Assembly: GCA_034506395.1 (NCBI GenBank)
Contig: JAPDPQ010000004.1
Coordinates: forward strand, 144,631-208,630
Direction: 5' to 3'
DNA from: Candidatus Zhuqueibacterota bacterium
Lineage (GTDB): Bacteria > Zhuqueibacterota > Zhuqueibacteria > Thermofontimicrobiales > Thermofontimicrobiaceae
Length of the DNA: 64,000 nt
Part shown: positions 29,837 through 40,192 of the stretch, in pieces
Layout of the letters: every line of letters starts with the position of its first letter
How positions within the stretch are numbered: position 1 is the stretch's first letter
The notes under the pieces: generated by a model
Database searches by the model: none
What the model saw: only the letters and a program-made list of their open reading frames with translations
Told to the model about the DNA's origin: nothing
Translations under genes and position numbers: made by a program

Positions 29837-31180
29837 TTAAAGCACGGGGAGATATCGCTGCAATTCCCAACTCGTCACTTGGGCGCGATAATTCTCCCAC
29901 TCGATCTCCTTGTTTTCGAGAAATTTCTCATAGACGTGGTCGCCCAAGGTTCGCCTGAGCCACTCGCTCTGTCGTGCGATTTGAATGGCCTCATGCAAAT
30001 CTTTTGGCAAAGAAGCGATCCCCAGTTCCTTTCGCTCCTTTTCAGTCATCGTATAAACATTGCGCTCAACTGGTGGGGCCAACTCATATCCCTTTTCGAT
30101 CCCTTCCAACCCAGCAGAAAGCATCACCGCAAAGGCAAGATACGGGTTGCAAGCTGGATCTGGAGAGCGCAATTCTACGCGGGTAGCCATTTCATTGCCG
30201 GGCTTATAACCAGGGACGCGGATCAAATCAGATCGGTTTCTCGTCGCCCAGGAGAGATAGACCGGCGCTTCGTACCCAGGTACCAGCCGCTTATAGGAAT
30301 TGACCCATTGGTTCGTGATGACAGTAAACTCTGGTGCGTGTTTCAACAATCCAGCAATGTATTTCTTGGCGACATCTGATAGATGATATGGGTCTGTGGG
30401 GCTAAAAAACGCGTTGGAATTGCCCTTAAATAGCGATTGGTGGGTATGCATTCCGCTACCGTTATATCCAAACAGCGGCTTGGGCATAAACGTGGCATAG
30501 ACCCCATGCCGAATAGCGATCTCTTTCACCACCAGTCGATAGGTCATGGCATAATCGGCCATGGTGAGCGCGTCGGTATAGCGGAGATCGATTTCGTGCT
30601 GGCTAGGCCCGACTTCATGATGCGTGTATTCCACTCGAATGCCCATATCCTCCAACATCAGCACAGTTTCCTTGCGAAGATCGCTGGCCACGTCCAATGG
30701 CGTCAAATCAAAGTAGCCACCATGATCCAAAACCTCAGGAGTTCCATTGCCATTGCCGTTTTTAAAATAAAAATATTCCAACTCTGGACCGACGTAAAAA
30801 TGATCGAACCCCATGCTTTTCATTCGTTCAAGATTTTTTTTCAATACCCACCGCGGATCTCCCTGGTATGGTTGACCGTCTGGCGTGTAGATATCGCAGA
30901 AAACTCGTGCCACCACGCTATTGTCCGCCGTTTTCCATGGCAAAATTTGAAAGGTATCGATATCGGGCTTGGCTATCATATCGCTCTCATCGATTCGGGC
31001 AAAACCTTCGATCGATGACCCATCGAATCCCATCCCCTCCTCCATGGCGTTCTCAAATTCATCAATCGTGATCGCAAAACTCTTCAGAAAACCCAACAAG
31101 TCGCTGAACCAGAATCTGATAAATCGAACTTTATTCCGTTTCGCCAATTCCAGCACTTTTTGTTTTCGCAGATTGTCCAT
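29837..31180 (-). CDS. glnA: Glutamine synthetase type I
   Basis: KPLFGYNGSGMHTHQS ATP-binding signature, an N-terminal beta-grasp and a length of 447 aa. Confidence 0.9.
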   Translation of the reverse strand: MDNLRKQKVLELAKRNKVRFIRFWFSDLLGFLKSFAITIDEFENAMEEGMGFDGSSIEGFARIDESDMIAKPDIDTFQILPWKTADNSVVARVFCDIYTPDGQPYQGDPRWVLKKNLERMKSMGFDHFYVGPELEYFYFKNGNGNGTPEVLDHGGYFDLTPLDVASDLRKETVLMLEDMGIRVEYTHHEVGPSQHEIDLRYTDALTMADYAMTYRLVVKEIAIRHGVYATFMPKPLFGYNGSGMHTHQSLFKGNSNAFFSPTDPYHLSDVAKKYIAGLLKHAPEFTVITNQWVNSYKRLVPGYEAPVYLSWATRNRSDLIRVPGYKPGNEMATRVELRSPDPACNPYLAFAVMLSAGLEGIEKGYELAPPVERNVYTMTEKERKELGIASLPKDLHEAIQIARQSEWLRRTLGDHVYEKFLENKEIEWENYRAQVTSWELQRYLPVL

Positions 31181-31510
31181 GTCACTCTTGCTCCTCAGGT
31201 TTTATTTGGCATGATTTATTCTCACGCCCACTCCAAACAGATCCGTTTTTAAAAACGAGGTTTAAAAATGCAGAACGAATGTTGGATTTGATATTTATCG
31301 GACGCTCTCATCCAATGGGGACAGGCGCTATTTATTGGAATTGCCTGTTCAAAATTTTAGCGGCAAATATAATTAGTTTTTCGCTCAATGTCAAACAAAT
31401 TTTTATTGCTATTTTAATTTTTATGCTATATCTTTGCGGAGGCATTTATCAACTTCATGGCAAATCGTCTTCGAGATTATCAATAAATTACAAAGATGAA
31501 TTTAAACTAG

Positions 31511-32476
31511 ATGGAGGAGGTCTCTATGTTCGGGTATGTCTTAGCTTTCATTATTGGAGCGATCTTTGTGAGCTATCTCTTTTCATTAAAAAATCGCGCT
31601 GGCGTAAATCCAGTAACATCGGCGTTCCGAGGCAATATGAAACTCATCATTTTCGCCATCATCATCATATTGATCATCGCTTTTATCATCCAATCTGTGA
31701 CCATTATCGAGGCAGGAACCGTCGGCGTCGTGAAACGACTTGGCGCTGTGAAAAGCGAGCTGACCCCAGGACTGCATTTCATCATTCCATTGATCGATGA
31801 AGTCGTAATTTTCCCAACCGTTAAGAAGACGTATGAGGCTTCGGACAATCCCGAGTCCAGCCAGGCCGATTTCCCAGATGTGATCATCACAGCGCTCACT
31901 GCGGATGGACAAAAAATCCGCGTGGGTATTACTGCCCGATTTATGATCCAGCCCGGAAAGGCAACATGGATCTTGCAAAATCTTGGGACAGAACGAGATT
32001 ATGTGGAAAAAGTCGTCAAGACCGAAATCCGTGGTTCAGGACGCCGCGTGCCCACCCGATTTGCCTCCTATGATCTTTATACCAAGAGGAGCTACGAAGC
32101 CCAACAAGCGCTGTTCGATGAAATCTACCCAAAATTTCAAGAAAACGGACTGATCCTCGACGAACTCGTTCTGCGCAATATCATTTTCACGGATGAGTAT
32201 GCCCGGACATTAGAGGAAAAACAAATCGCCTTAGAAAATATCACCACCGAGAAGAATAAGCTCGAGCAAGAAAAAATTCGGAAGGAACAGAAAATCGTTG
32301 CAGCAGAAGGTGATGCAAAGAGCATCGAAATCCGACAAGCAGCATTGACCAAAAATCCGACGATCATTCAATGGGAATTTGTCCAAAAGCTTGCTCCTAA
32401 CATCCAGTGGGGAATTTTGCCTCAGAGTGCTGTTCCATTATTCAATCTGCAGGGATTTGGCAGCCCTCAAAAATAA
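31511..32476 (+). CDS. SPFH/band-7 (prohibitin/HflC-like) membrane protein; the real start is probably 31526 after GGAGGAGG
   Basis: N-terminal TM then IIEAGTVGVVKRLGAV...GLHFIIPLID, the classic SPFH domain; C-terminal coiled coil. Confidence 0.85.
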   Translation: MEEVSMFGYVLAFIIGAIFVSYLFSLKNRAGVNPVTSAFRGNMKLIIFAIIIILIIAFIIQSVTIIEAGTVGVVKRLGAVKSELTPGLHFIIPLIDEVVIFPTVKKTYEASDNPESSQADFPDVIITALTADGQKIRVGITARFMIQPGKATWILQNLGTERDYVEKVVKTEIRGSGRRVPTRFASYDLYTKRSYEAQQALFDEIYPKFQENGLILDELVLRNIIFTDEYARTLEEKQIALENITTEKNKLEQEKIRKEQKIVAAEGDAKSIEIRQAALTKNPTIIQWEFVQKLAPNIQWGILPQSAVPLFNLQGFGSPQK

Positions 32477-32520
32477 GCAAAAAAATTTCCCAATTCCCTG
32501 ATATTTTGGAAGGCATCGGG

Positions 32521-33156
32521 TTATTCTAATTGAAGCCTGAGAAAATTTGCCCACGCGCTGGTTGGAAACTTTTCCAAAAAATATCTGGCAACCGAAGGGC
32601 TATTGAGCAACTCGCCTGTTACCAATTTGACATTCTCTAGCCAATGTCTTTGCAGGTGGTCCACGATGCCATTTCGATACAGCGTTACAATATTATGATC
32701 AAAGTTGACGATCTGGTTTCTGGGACTTACATCAAACAATTGCCCTGTCATGGCAAGGACATCGGCGCGCTTTATTTCAAAATAATTGCGCCTCGGATCG
32801 ATCAATTCTCGGGCAATGATCAAATCACCCAGTCCGATCAAGTGGGTTCTAAAACCCTTGATGGCAAACTGCCCAGTTGGGACATTGGGGATATAAAAAT
32901 AGCCGTCATCGTCCGTAGTGGTCCATTGACTGAAGCTTTTCATTTTGCCGTCGACCATTACCTGGCCAATGATCGCTACTTCGATATTGCGCCGAATCAC
33001 TGCCACTTGGTCTTGATAACCATCGATCTCAAAAATGAGCGAGCCGATGATCAGATTTCCATTCTGGATGGGCTCAGGTATAAGCTGCGATGAGCTCCCG
33101 CAGTTGAAAAAAGTGCTCATCCCAGCAAGCAAAATGAACAAAAATCTCTTGTCCAT
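32521..33156 (-). CDS. Hypothetical lipoprotein (211 aa)
   Basis: Signal with TFFNCGSS lipobox. Confidence 0.55.
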   Translation of the reverse strand: MDKRFLFILLAGMSTFFNCGSSSQLIPEPIQNGNLIIGSLIFEIDGYQDQVAVIRRNIEVAIIGQVMVDGKMKSFSQWTTTDDDGYFYIPNVPTGQFAIKGFRTHLIGLGDLIIARELIDPRRNYFEIKRADVLAMTGQLFDVSPRNQIVNFDHNIVTLYRNGIVDHLQRHWLENVKLVTGELLNSPSVARYFLEKFPTSAWANFLRLQLE

Positions 33157-33512
33157 GACTTTGCTCCAGCTCAGTTTTGTTCGATTTGTTCGATTTTCAA
33201 TTTGAATGAATGAAGTGCAAATCTGTCTCTTTCAAAATCGCACATAAATTAACCAAATCTCAAATAACAAACAAGCTCTATTTTCGAAATCCGAAATAAT
33301 CGTTTAGCCTCAATCTCCGACTCAATCACTGAATTGATCGAGGCTTGGAACTGCACAAATAGAATGAAACACGATCTGGATATTATGACGCATGTCATCT
33401 TTCGGATAGGCAATTTGTGAAATGCTATTTATCAGAAATGAAGCGACTCCTATATTGCCAGGAGAGCCATTTATGCGCGATTTTCGCATTTTGAAATAGA
33501 CTCATCTTCTTT

Positions 33513-34073
33513 ATGAAGGATCAAAAAATGAACTTGCACAACCGACATTTCCAACATCAGCGCGCTTCTTCGCATCGTTATCGAATCATCCTTTCATCTA
33601 CAATTTTGATAATAGCCACAACCTATTTTTTGTATTTTTTCATCGTGGGGAATTTTCCCATTCATTACATTGTGGCGCTCGGCAGTCTGTGGCTATTTTT
33701 TTGTGGAATTTTTATCGCTTTCATAGGGTATCTCCTTAGTTCTGAAAAATTCACCGAGCTGACTTTCGAACAGGTTTTAAAGCAAATGAGGCGATGGGCT
33801 TGGGTATCAATAGCTGGTTTGTATGGAAGTAGCCTCTCCTTTTTTTCGGGCTTGATATTTTTCGCTCGATCTGGCGATGTCTGGCGCAATTCACTTCCTT
33901 TGTTTGCCACTTCCGTACTATGCCTGGCCATATGCATCTTGGGCCTGCTTCAGCGCACTGCGATTAAGCATCGGTATGAATTGGAAATTCTCAAGCGGGA
34001 AATTCTGGATACGGTGATAAGTTTGAGACAAGGTCCAACCAAGGATGTGAAGGGCGGTGCTTTGCTGGCATAA
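33513..34073 (+). CDS. Hypothetical four-TM membrane protein
   Basis: Hydrophobicity pattern only. Confidence 0.45.
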   Translation: MKDQKMNLHNRHFQHQRASSHRYRIILSSTILIIATTYFLYFFIVGNFPIHYIVALGSLWLFFCGIFIAFIGYLLSSEKFTELTFEQVLKQMRRWAWVSIAGLYGSSLSFFSGLIFFARSGDVWRNSLPLFATSVLCLAICILGLLQRTAIKHRYELEILKREILDTVISLRQGPTKDVKGGALLA

Positions 34074-34563
34074 AAAAAGTAACCAGAGATCTCATCTAAG
34101 AGTTGGGGGGGCACCTAGTGAATTTAATCTCTGGTTACTTTCAAATGGGACATCAACTTTTGACACTCTCATTATAAATAAATCTACACAATTAAAATGT
34201 GATCTAAAACACATTTATAAAAATTTTTCAAAGCTACAAACACCGCATCTGTCCGAAACTTGGGAGGGGCAACGCATATCAACGCCTATTTGGTGATGGG
34301 CGTAGCTAATCCTATTCGTTGGTCCTTCTTGCAAAAATGGGAATCTAACGAAACAGTTTCATTGCTGCGAATTCAAAATTCTCTCTTTAAACCGATGCTT
34401 GAGTTCATTGAAAAATAAAATATCTGCGTGCGCAGGCACGACAATTTTGCCTGTTTAATGGTTTTTCAAAAAGAACAAGCTTGCCTGATCGGGAAATATT
34501 GGATCAGGCAATGGGAGTTGGAAGACGATTCTGAAGAAGCTACAGCAGGGGATAAAAAAGTAG

Positions 34564-34659
34564 CGGGAATGTGTGGGAATCGAACCCACCTACCCCGACT
34601 GTTGCCGGGGCACTACGGATTTGAAGTCCGCGGGGCCCACCAGGTACCCTACCATTCCC
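34564..34659 (-). tRNA. selC: Probable selenocysteine tRNA (tRNA-Sec, anticodon TCA, 96 nt with a long variable arm)
   Basis: Minus strand reads GGGAATGG...GCGGACTTCAAATCCGT...GCCCCGGCAACAGTCGGGG...GGTGGGTTCGATTCCCAC...CATTCCC-G. The anticodon arm GGACTTCAAATCC is the near-universal bacterial tRNA-Sec arm, and the 5-bp extra-arm stem and overall length fit Sec. Confidence 0.75.
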
Positions 34660-34845
34660 AATGGATCATGATACCGATTTTTTTGATGATCATAATACAA
34701 ATTTTTTTGATAAGAGTCAAGCTCTTTTTGCAATGGGATCTTATGCCGTGCAATTTCAATAGTGATTAAAACGGCGCAACATCCAGCTCTGGGCCCGAGT
34801 CATCTTCTTTTATTCAGAGTGATTTTTATTCTTCAATATTTCAGC

Positions 34846-34874
34846 TTGACTTTTACAATTTTAATAGCTATTTT
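34846..34874 (+). promoter_or_regulatory. Sigma70-like promoter: TTGACT, 17-nt spacer, TATTTT, upstream of the small ORF and tsaC
   Basis: Hexamers read directly; same architecture as the promoter at 15518. Confidence 0.4.
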
Positions 34875-34910
34875 AGCGCAATCAATCGGTAAAAGGTGCG
34901 AGGAGTGGCA

Positions 34911-35024
34911 ATGAAAGGAATTCCTAACCGACAAAAAAAGGTGGTCACACCAAAACGAGATTATAAAAAGGATCGGAAAAAGTTTCAACAAGAGAAGCAG
35001 CAGGTACCAAAACGCAGAGGCTAA
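34911..35024 (+). CDS. Small basic ORF (37 aa, MKGIPNRQKKVVTPKRDYKKDRKKFQQEKQQVPKRRG) with an upstream GAGGAG
   Basis: Below the track cutoff; Lys/Arg-rich; sits 11 nt before tsaC; coding status uncertain. Confidence 0.3.
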   Translation: MKGIPNRQKKVVTPKRDYKKDRKKFQQEKQQVPKRRG

Positions 35025-35035
35025 ACGCGATCAGC

Positions 35036-35653
35036 ATGGCGATCTTATATCAAATAAATCCCGATAATCCCCAGCCTCGACTGATTCAAAAAGTAGCCGA
35101 TATCTTACGAGATGATGGGGTCATTGCCTATCCAACGGATACGGTCTATGGCATTGGATGCGATATTTTTTGTAAAAAAGCGATCGAAAGGATCTTTCTG
35201 CTCAAAGGTAAAGCTCATAAAAGTCCGTTGAGCTTCATCTGCCCAGATTTGAAAGATATCAGCAAATATGCCTATGTCTCCAACCGCGCTTATAAAGTGA
35301 TGCGTCATCTGCTGCCCGGCCCTTATACTTTTGTGCTCAAAGCCACCCCGCTGGTACCGAAGCTGATGGTGACCAAAATCAAGACTGTCGGCATTCGGAT
35401 TCCAGACAACAAAATTTGTATCGAGCTGCTTAAAGAGCTGGGACACCCAATCGTCAGTACCAGCGCCAGCTTTGGAGAATCGGATATTTTCACTGATCCT
35501 GAGGAAATAGATATCCGATTGGGCCATTTGCTTGACGCAATCATTGATGGCGGGATTCTTGGTACGGTGCCCTCAAGCGTGGTAGATCTAACTGATGACG
35601 ATCATTTTAGAGTGCTGCGGGTCGGAAAGGGAGATATTAGTATGTTTGAATGA
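35036..35653 (+). CDS. tsaC: L-threonylcarbamoyladenylate synthase, YrdC/Sua5 family (TsaC)
   Basis: YPTDTVYGIG ... SPLSFI ... SASFGESD: the YrdC fold signature. Confidence 0.85.
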   Translation: MAILYQINPDNPQPRLIQKVADILRDDGVIAYPTDTVYGIGCDIFCKKAIERIFLLKGKAHKSPLSFICPDLKDISKYAYVSNRAYKVMRHLLPGPYTFVLKATPLVPKLMVTKIKTVGIRIPDNKICIELLKELGHPIVSTSASFGESDIFTDPEEIDIRLGHLLDAIIDGGILGTVPSSVVDLTDDDHFRVLRVGKGDISMFE

Positions 35654-36145
35654 TCCTGTCTATTTTATTCTTTACAATATCTGATCCATAAGTTTGACTG
35701 ATCAGCAGGTGAGCTGTTAAGCGTTTCAGCCGCAGCATTTCATTTGAGCATTAAAGCATGTTCTGATAGCCGCACATTTGACAGGCGTACAGAAGGTGAA
35801 AAAACTGACTGATCGCTACATGCTGAAGCCGTTCGATTCGCTGAAATTTATTCGATACGAAATTAGTAAGCGACCATTCGATGTTTATTTTCGGATAGTT
35901 TGTTGCATATTACATCCATAGCCCTCTAATTTCGATCGTTTCAAACCGGCTAAACGTGCTTCAAGACGTGCTGATCCCACCTTTGAACGAAGATCTTTGC
36001 TCGGGGTTGGTATACAGAGTTGCAATAAATTTGCAGGACAACTGGAAGAAATTCGGCATGTTCATCCGACCGAACAGATCCAGCGAAAGACTAATTCACT
36101 ATCTCTAAAGAACAATATCTATCTGAACCAGAGGAGGAACTCCTT

Positions 36146-37163
36146 TATGATCACTATCGAAGAAGTTGCAGCCGTAAAAACCCAGCATGTGACAGCACTA
36201 AAGAAAAAGCTCAATGTCAATGGGGTCGCTATTGGACATAAAATCGTCGCTGGCAAAGACACGGGACAGCTTTGCATCGCGGTATTGGTTAGACGCAAAC
36301 TCACCCAATCGGAACTTTTGGGCAAGGACCTGGTCCCCAAGATGATCGACGGGATCGCAACCGATGTTCGTGAAGTTGGCGAGATTGTCGCCTTGCAGTC
36401 GCGAACCGACCGCTGGCGTCCTGCACCAGGTGGGGTCAGCATTGGCCATTATCAGATCACCGCAGGGACGCTGGGAGCGTTTGTGAAGGACAAATCGACT
36501 GGTCAAACGCTGATTCTTTCCAACAATCACGTGCTGGCCAATAGCAATGACGCCAGCATCGGCGATGCGATCATCCAACCTGGCCCGGCGGACGGAGGCG
36601 CTTATCCTCAAGATCGAATTGCAACATTGGAGCGGTTTATCACGATCCAATTTCAAAGCGGTGGCGATGGTGGCAATGGAGATTGTTTTTTGGCGCGATC
36701 CGCAGCAGGGGTGCTAAATGTATTCGCCCGATTGTTGGGGTCGTCGCATCGGCTCATTCCGACCAAAATCACCGCAGCCGCTAACGAAGTCGATGCAGCC
36801 GTCGCCCGCCCCATTGATCCGAGTTATATCACCGGCACTATTATTGATATCGGTGTAATCACTGGTACCAAACCCGCTTCCATTGGTTTGGAAGTCCGCA
36901 AAAGTGGTCGAACTACTGGAACCACTACGGGGACGATCCAAATGCTCAATGCCACCGTCGATGTCGGTTACGGTGGCAGCAAAGTCGCCACATTTGAAAA
37001 TCAGATCGTCGCCGGCGCGATGTCCAGCCCTGGCGACTCTGGTTCATTAGTGGTCGATAAATCTCAACCGCTGGCCGTAGGTCTCCTATTTGCAGGTTCC
37101 AATACCTCAACAATCATCAACCCCATCGATCGGGTATTAGAGCTTTTAAATATTGAGTTCTAA
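36146..37163 (+). CDS. Cytoplasmic chymotrypsin-fold (S1-like) serine protease with an N-terminal extension; the track ORF is extended upstream, and the start at 36146 follows AGAGGAGG
   Basis: Catalytic His in LILSNNHVLAN, Ser in SSPGDSGSLVV (GDSGS); no signal peptide. Confidence 0.7.
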
Positions 37164-37186
37164 TGCAATTTAATTTCAAATAAAAA

Positions 37187-37221
37187 GCCCTTTTGCCAAC
37201 TAAAGACAAAAGGGTTTTTTA
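37187..37221. terminator. Bidirectional rho-independent terminator (GCCCTTTTG/CAAAAGGGT, A-run upstream and T-run downstream)
   Basis: Read directly. Confidence 0.75.
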
Positions 37222-37380
37222 TTTTAATCTTGTTCGCTTTCGAATTTGAAAATCAAATCTCGATTTTATAAATCGAGATCGGTGGGCTTTTAAATTGATT
37301 AAGCTCGGATGATCGAAATGAAACTGAGAAATAATCCTTTTAGCGACTTGCTATTCCATTGCTAAATGCCAAGATTCAAG

Positions 37381-37863
37381 CTACTGGGGCAATTTACAGC
37401 CCTGCTTTTTAAATGCAACCAATTTTTGCTGTATCGCTTCATCCTCAAGGGCTAAGATTTGTGCTGCCAGAACGGCTGCATTGATGGCACCAGCTTTTCC
37501 TATAGCCATTGTGGCCACTGGCACGCCAGATGGCATTTGAACCATGGAGTATAGCGCATCGACGCCGTGAAGTTCAGAGCCAGCCAACGGCACCCCGATC
37601 ACTGGGAGCGTCGTATTAGCAGCAATGACGCCTGCCAGATGTGCAGCCATACCTGCCCCTGCAATGATGACTTTTACGCCACGCGCTTGAGCTTCACGGG
37701 CAAATTGGGCTGTCTCCTCAGGATTTCGATGGGCTGAAAGCACCACGCCCTGAAAAGAAATTCCAAAATATTCTAAATATCTCGTACACTCCGCCATAAC
37801 CGGTTGATCCGATGAGCTTCCCATCACTACCGCAACCGATGCACCATTGGGAGATTTAGCCAT
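37381..37863 (-). CDS. purE: N5-carboxyaminoimidazole ribonucleotide mutase
   Basis: VAVVMGSSSD...SAHR...GAGMAAHLAGV, the canonical PurE signature. Confidence 0.9.
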   Translation of the reverse strand: MAKSPNGASVAVVMGSSSDQPVMAECTRYLEYFGISFQGVVLSAHRNPEETAQFAREAQARGVKVIIAGAGMAAHLAGVIAANTTLPVIGVPLAGSELHGVDALYSMVQMPSGVPVATMAIGKAGAINAAVLAAQILALEDEAIQQKLVAFKKQGCKLPQ

Positions 37864-38050
37864 AATTATCCTCTTTTTTGATTTGAGTCTATCCTATCTT
37901 TTGACTGCTGGCAATAATGCCCAGCGAAAACTGAACTCGAAACGACCCACAGAAATCATCCATACCCAGTGAGGGAACGTTGCCACTGATTCCCTAAAAA
38001 GATTGAGTTTTTAATTATTGATACTGACACAAAGCTTGTAGAGCGTTCTG

Positions 38051-39757
38051 TTACTGCCCGATCTTTTGATATACCAATTCCATGATTTGGCGATGCAATT
38101 CATTTGCCTCAGCATTCAACTGCTGAACCTTTGCGCTTTGTTCGGCTACGAATTCCGCATGTTTGATGCCAGGCAAATTGATTTTCACATTCAAGCCAGC
38201 GCCCTCGACGGCTGCCCGCGCCATGAGCGAGGCAACGCCCGCATCGCTAATGGTGTTGGGATTTCCGCACTCTGCCACCACCTTGGCTAATTTGAGCACC
38301 AGAGAAGCATTGGTCATCACCTCCAATGGGACCAAACAGGCGCGTTTGGTGGCTGCTTCGATAGCTCGCTCGCGTTCTGCTATCTGCTCTGGGGTTTTCT
38401 TCGGCAACCGATTTGCAGCCATCACCGCATTGAATGCCTCGGTATCTTGGTCGATCAATCGCAATAGTTCATCCTTGAGCCGTTGGGCCTCAATTGCGAC
38501 CCGCTCCATTTCAGCCCAGTTATCCTGATATTCTCGCCTTCCATAGGTGAGATTTGCAACCATGCTTGTCAATGCTGCCCCCAATGCTCCAGCCAAACCA
38601 GCCACGCTGCCTCCACCAGGCGCTGGGGAATCAGTCGATAGCTCATTTGCGAAGTCCCGAAGGTCCATTTTTACCAAAGGGCCTTTGCGTTCAGTCACTT
38701 GGTATTCGATGATTTTTTTTGCGGGATCGAACTCTGTTAGATCGCGCAGTCCCATCGAAATAATGGCTGTCTCAATGAGTTGCTCTTCTGGAACTCCTGG
38801 GCATTTGCCTTGCTTCGCCAAATAGTGCCGACCCGCATCAAGCATGGCTTGCAACGGAATAAGGCCCACCAATTCGCTGCCAGTCACGCGCAAACCGCGC
38901 TTTTCCGCCTCCTGACAAACCGTATCGAATGCCACATGCGGCGGAGTTATTTTGTAATTAAGCAAATTGATCGATACCTGGGCCTGCCCATATTCATCAA
39001 TGTACCAACCGACCGCCCGAGTGGCGGGCAACAGCCCCGGCTCTTTGATCGGATTTCCCTGCTCATCGCGAATGACGTTGCCCGATTCGTCTTTTTTGTT
39101 TCGCCCTGTTTCTCGAATCGAGAGAGCGATGTCATGGGCGAGCTTGCGATCTTTCGTGTTTAAGTTCACATTATAGGCAATTAAAAACTCGCGAGCCCCA
39201 ATAACCGTCGCTCCAGATTTCGGATTAAATTTCGGCTCACCAAAATCAGGCTGCCATTCTGGATCGCGCAATTTATCTGGCAACCCCTCATATTCCCCAC
39301 TGCGGATATTGGCGAGGCTCTTTCGCTCGGGCCGTGTCGCCGCCTCCTCATATAAATAAACTGGAATCCCCAATTCCGCAGCGACCCTGGCGCCGACCTC
39401 TCTTGCGATGGCCACGCAATCAGCCATCGTAACCCCAGTCACCGGGACAAATGGACATACGTCCGTAGCTCCCATCCGAGGATGGGCCCCTTTGTGCTGC
39501 CTCATATCGATCAGTTCGGCAGCTCTCTTGATCGCTTTGAATGCAGCTTCCTTAACTCCCTCCGGCGAACCGATGAAAGTCACTACCGTCCGATTCGTAT
39601 CCGCACCTGGGTCTACATCCAACAATTTGACACCTTCCGTATCACTGATCTCTTTGGCAATCGCATCGATCACCGCTCGATTCCGTCCCTCACTAAAATT
39701 TGGAACACATTCGACAATCTTCAACATGATTCCCTTCCTGCAAAATTTTTCCTGCAC
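38051..39757 (-). CDS. Bifunctional glutamate formimidoyltransferase / formimidoyl-THF cyclodeaminase (FTCD-like); probable start at 39727
   Basis: N-terminal MLKIVECVPNFSEGRN is the formiminotransferase hallmark, and the C-terminal 200 aa are a helical cyclodeaminase domain; SD AGGAAGGG before 39727. Confidence 0.85.
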   Translation of the reverse strand: MQEKFCRKGIMLKIVECVPNFSEGRNRAVIDAIAKEISDTEGVKLLDVDPGADTNRTVVTFIGSPEGVKEAAFKAIKRAAELIDMRQHKGAHPRMGATDVCPFVPVTGVTMADCVAIAREVGARVAAELGIPVYLYEEAATRPERKSLANIRSGEYEGLPDKLRDPEWQPDFGEPKFNPKSGATVIGAREFLIAYNVNLNTKDRKLAHDIALSIRETGRNKKDESGNVIRDEQGNPIKEPGLLPATRAVGWYIDEYGQAQVSINLLNYKITPPHVAFDTVCQEAEKRGLRVTGSELVGLIPLQAMLDAGRHYLAKQGKCPGVPEEQLIETAIISMGLRDLTEFDPAKKIIEYQVTERKGPLVKMDLRDFANELSTDSPAPGGGSVAGLAGALGAALTSMVANLTYGRREYQDNWAEMERVAIEAQRLKDELLRLIDQDTEAFNAVMAANRLPKKTPEQIAERERAIEAATKRACLVPLEVMTNASLVLKLAKVVAECGNPNTISDAGVASLMARAAVEGAGLNVKINLPGIKHAEFVAEQSAKVQQLNAEANELHRQIMELVYQKIGQ

Positions 39758-39879
39758 AATTTTGACAGCAGTCCAATCAAAAGAACACCCAATTTTTTCG
39801 TGGATAAAGCGCTACATCTTACCTTATTAGCAAAAACGTACTCCCATGTGGTCTGGTCAAAAATTTTAATCGCTCTCTT

Positions 39880-40188
39880 TCAGTTGAATAATTCTTTTCT
39901 CAAAATTTTATAGATGCTGGCATAGCGTCGATAGCGCCAGATTCCGAAAAAAATTGAAGTCAACGATAAGAACAGCGAAACTCCACCTAATATTTCGAGC
40001 CAGAGATCCTGAAAAAACTTTATCAATCCGACCCCGGTCACAAGAAAAGCGAGAGCCGTCCGCACATAAGCCAACAACGTGCGTTCATTGGCCAAAATTG
40101 TCCGATCCATTGCGAGTTGATCGCGAAGGATGAGATCCGATTTTGAAACCAACTTATAAGCTTGCTGAATCATGGGTGAAAAATCCAT
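39880..40188 (-). CDS. DUF202/YidH-family small membrane protein
   Basis: RDQLAMDRTILANERTLLAYVRTALA motif. Confidence 0.7.
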   Translation of the reverse strand: MDFSPMIQQAYKLVSKSDLILRDQLAMDRTILANERTLLAYVRTALAFLVTGVGLIKFFQDLWLEILGGVSLFLSLTSIFFGIWRYRRYASIYKILRKELFN

Positions 40189-40192
40189 TTGC

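Noticed and set aside
30437-31018. 193-aa ORF antisense to glnA
   Set aside because: glnA on the other strand has unmistakable signatures, and antisense ORFs are common in such genes.
34428-34769. 113-aa plus-strand ORF
   Set aside because: It overlaps the tRNA-Sec gene on the opposite strand.
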